Source: Lytechinus pictus
Taxonomy: Eukaryota
DNA: 64,000 nucleotides
Assembly: GCF_037042905.1 (NCBI RefSeq)
Contig: NC_087245.1
Location: forward strand, 8,246,001 to 8,310,000
Direction: 5' to 3'
This document shows positions 62,332-64,000 of this stretch, in pieces (the first letter of the stretch is position 1; every line of letters starts with the position of its first letter). The notes beneath the pieces are model-generated. The model was not told the origin of the DNA. It did not search any database and saw nothing but the letters and a program-made list of their open reading frames with translations. Position numbers and translations under genes: made by a program.

Positions 62332-62697
62332 TGAAAGACGCATGATAGTGACGATGAGCTAAGAACTACGAGACGAAGCATCATGATATCATGGAAGGTT
62401 GAAATTTGACTAATTTGTGCTACCCACTACTTTAATTTGATTGATATCAATGCATAGTAGATAGGTCAAATGTCAAAATATTGGTATGGTCATTTCTGCC
62501 AAGAGCATTGCCGGCGTTCACCTGAGCTGACACATGCCGTTATCACATTGGCCAGGTTGAACAATGATCTAGCTGGAGTTTGATGAGTAACCCTCATTTA
62601 TGGGTATATGAGGTTCGTTTGTTAGTATACAAATAGCAAATATGCATGAGTGCTATACAGTACAAGTTTTTGCATGAGGTGAAAGAAAGAAGCCCTG

Positions 62698-63526
62698 GGG
62701 TGGTATTCTGAGATACATTTTATCTCAGTTTAAATAAAATATTTTATCTCCGTTAAAATCAGTGAGATAAAATACCCTTAAAATCTCTCCGAATTGGTAT
62801 TCTGAGAACAATTTTATCTTCATTTTATCTCTGTAAGACACACCTATTTTTTAATCAATATCCAATTAGAAACGCGCTTTTATAGCTCTCTCATATCACT
62901 CAACCAATGGAAATCCATTCTGCTAGGAGGTGTGGCAAAGGAGTGAGATTGCGTCAATTTATTGACTTCAATACGCTTGCACTATACGCTTGCGCGTCTT
63001 TACAGAGATTTCTTTTTAACTAAAATTGCATTACTCTCATCTCTTTTTCGAAGTCTATATCGCATCTTTTCAAGCATCATTTCAAAGACAATATTAGTCA
63101 AGAAAAGTCTTATGAAATGCTTTGCTGATTGTACAGGAATAACTTTAAGGTGTTGTTCTCAATGAATCTATCATTTCTCTTAAATTTCATGCCAACAGTT
63201 GGAGTTAATTCACCTAGAAATATTGACGAAATCAACGTCGCGGAGATAAAATAGCCCCTACCCTCTTTTAAGTTTATTTTATTTTTTCTTCAAAGTAACT
63301 TTGGCGCAAGCACATTACCCGCGTTACAATGGCCAGATACGCGATGGGTATGTCTACGCAGCCACTGCTCTGTTGCGTATCATCATAGATACGCAAGATA
63401 AAATTTATAAGCAAGATAAAATTTTAAATTTTATCTGAGAGATAAAATGTCATCTCAGAATACCAATTTCATTTTAAGAGATAAAATAAAATATTTTAAA
63501 GATAAAATGACCTCAGAATACCGCCC
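62698..63526. mobile_element. PIF/Harbinger-type MITE, 829 bp, 3-bp TSD CTG
   Basis: CTG|GGGTGGTATTCTGAG ... CTCAGAATACCGCCC|CTG, with multiple subterminal TTTTATCTC / GAGATAAAA repeats in inverted orientation. Confidence 0.85.
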
Positions 63527-64000
63527 CTGATCAACGAGGTGTAGCCCAGTTGATTAGAGTGTCTCTCTGTCATGTATATATAAATATTGCACCATTGTAC
63601 GAATAAGAATATTTGCTCTTTGTGCTTTACAACACTTTGGAAATTAGTGAAAATGCAAAGAATATATTTTTTTCCAAGGTTAATCCATAGAAATTAGGAA
63701 ATAATTGTAAAAGCCAAAAGCAAAATCAGCTATTGTTCCTACATGTATTGCGCCTGTATTACCTAGCGCAGTGAATTGAATCGCATTGTGACGTCACCTA
63801 TTCCACCGTGCAATAATATGTTAGAATGGAACGAATGTTGCACATGGTTATTTTTCAATGATCAGTCAAATAAATTAAGCATGTTTTCATGCAAATTTTT
63901 CTCAACCATTTGTTAATCATAGTTTGCAAATAAGGTCTCATATTAAAGAAGAACTCTGTTTTTTCCAAATAGCAGCCAAAAAATTACAATGATTATGGTT

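Noticed and set aside
62329-62400. TGA-TGA at the EYS stop as selenocysteine readthrough or a hammerhead core (CTGATGA)
   Set aside because: The LamG domain ends naturally at C-S*. No SECIS was recognised and no stem II plus GAAA follows.

Overview
AT-rich (roughly 35% GC by eye), intron-rich animal genomic DNA. Gene content and repeat families suggest an echinoderm, probably a sea urchin (inference). Four spliced protein-coding genes were reconstructed by hand from GT-AG boundaries and frame continuity. (1) The 5' part of PI4KB on the minus strand, running off the window start. (2) A 335-aa Schlafen-like protein (SLFNL1-like) on the plus strand: RRM-like N-terminus, AlbA_2 domain with an intact E-x4-EFK motif, short coiled coil and a C-terminal CaaX box (CNIL). 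(3) A 224-aa MKRN2OS/DUF4796 homologue on the minus strand, five coding exons, mostly missed by the ORF track. (4) A complete 39-coding-exon, 3580-aa eyes shut (EYS) homologue on the plus strand with about 55 EGF repeats, a Ser/Thr mucin stalk and 4 laminin-G domains. Arrangement: PI4KB <- -> SLFNL1-like -> <- MKRN2OS <- -> EYS; the last two appear to share a short bidirectional promoter. Intergenic and intronic DNA holds many non-autonomous transposons (Kolobok-, hAT-, Tc1/mariner-, Harbinger- and Helentron-type), a tRNA-derived SINE head, a 20-bp palindromic micro-element with an 8-bp TSD and a degenerate Penelope-type minimal hammerhead ribozyme. No CRISPR, rRNA or prokaryotic system is present. 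Family assignments rest on recalled motifs, not database searches.
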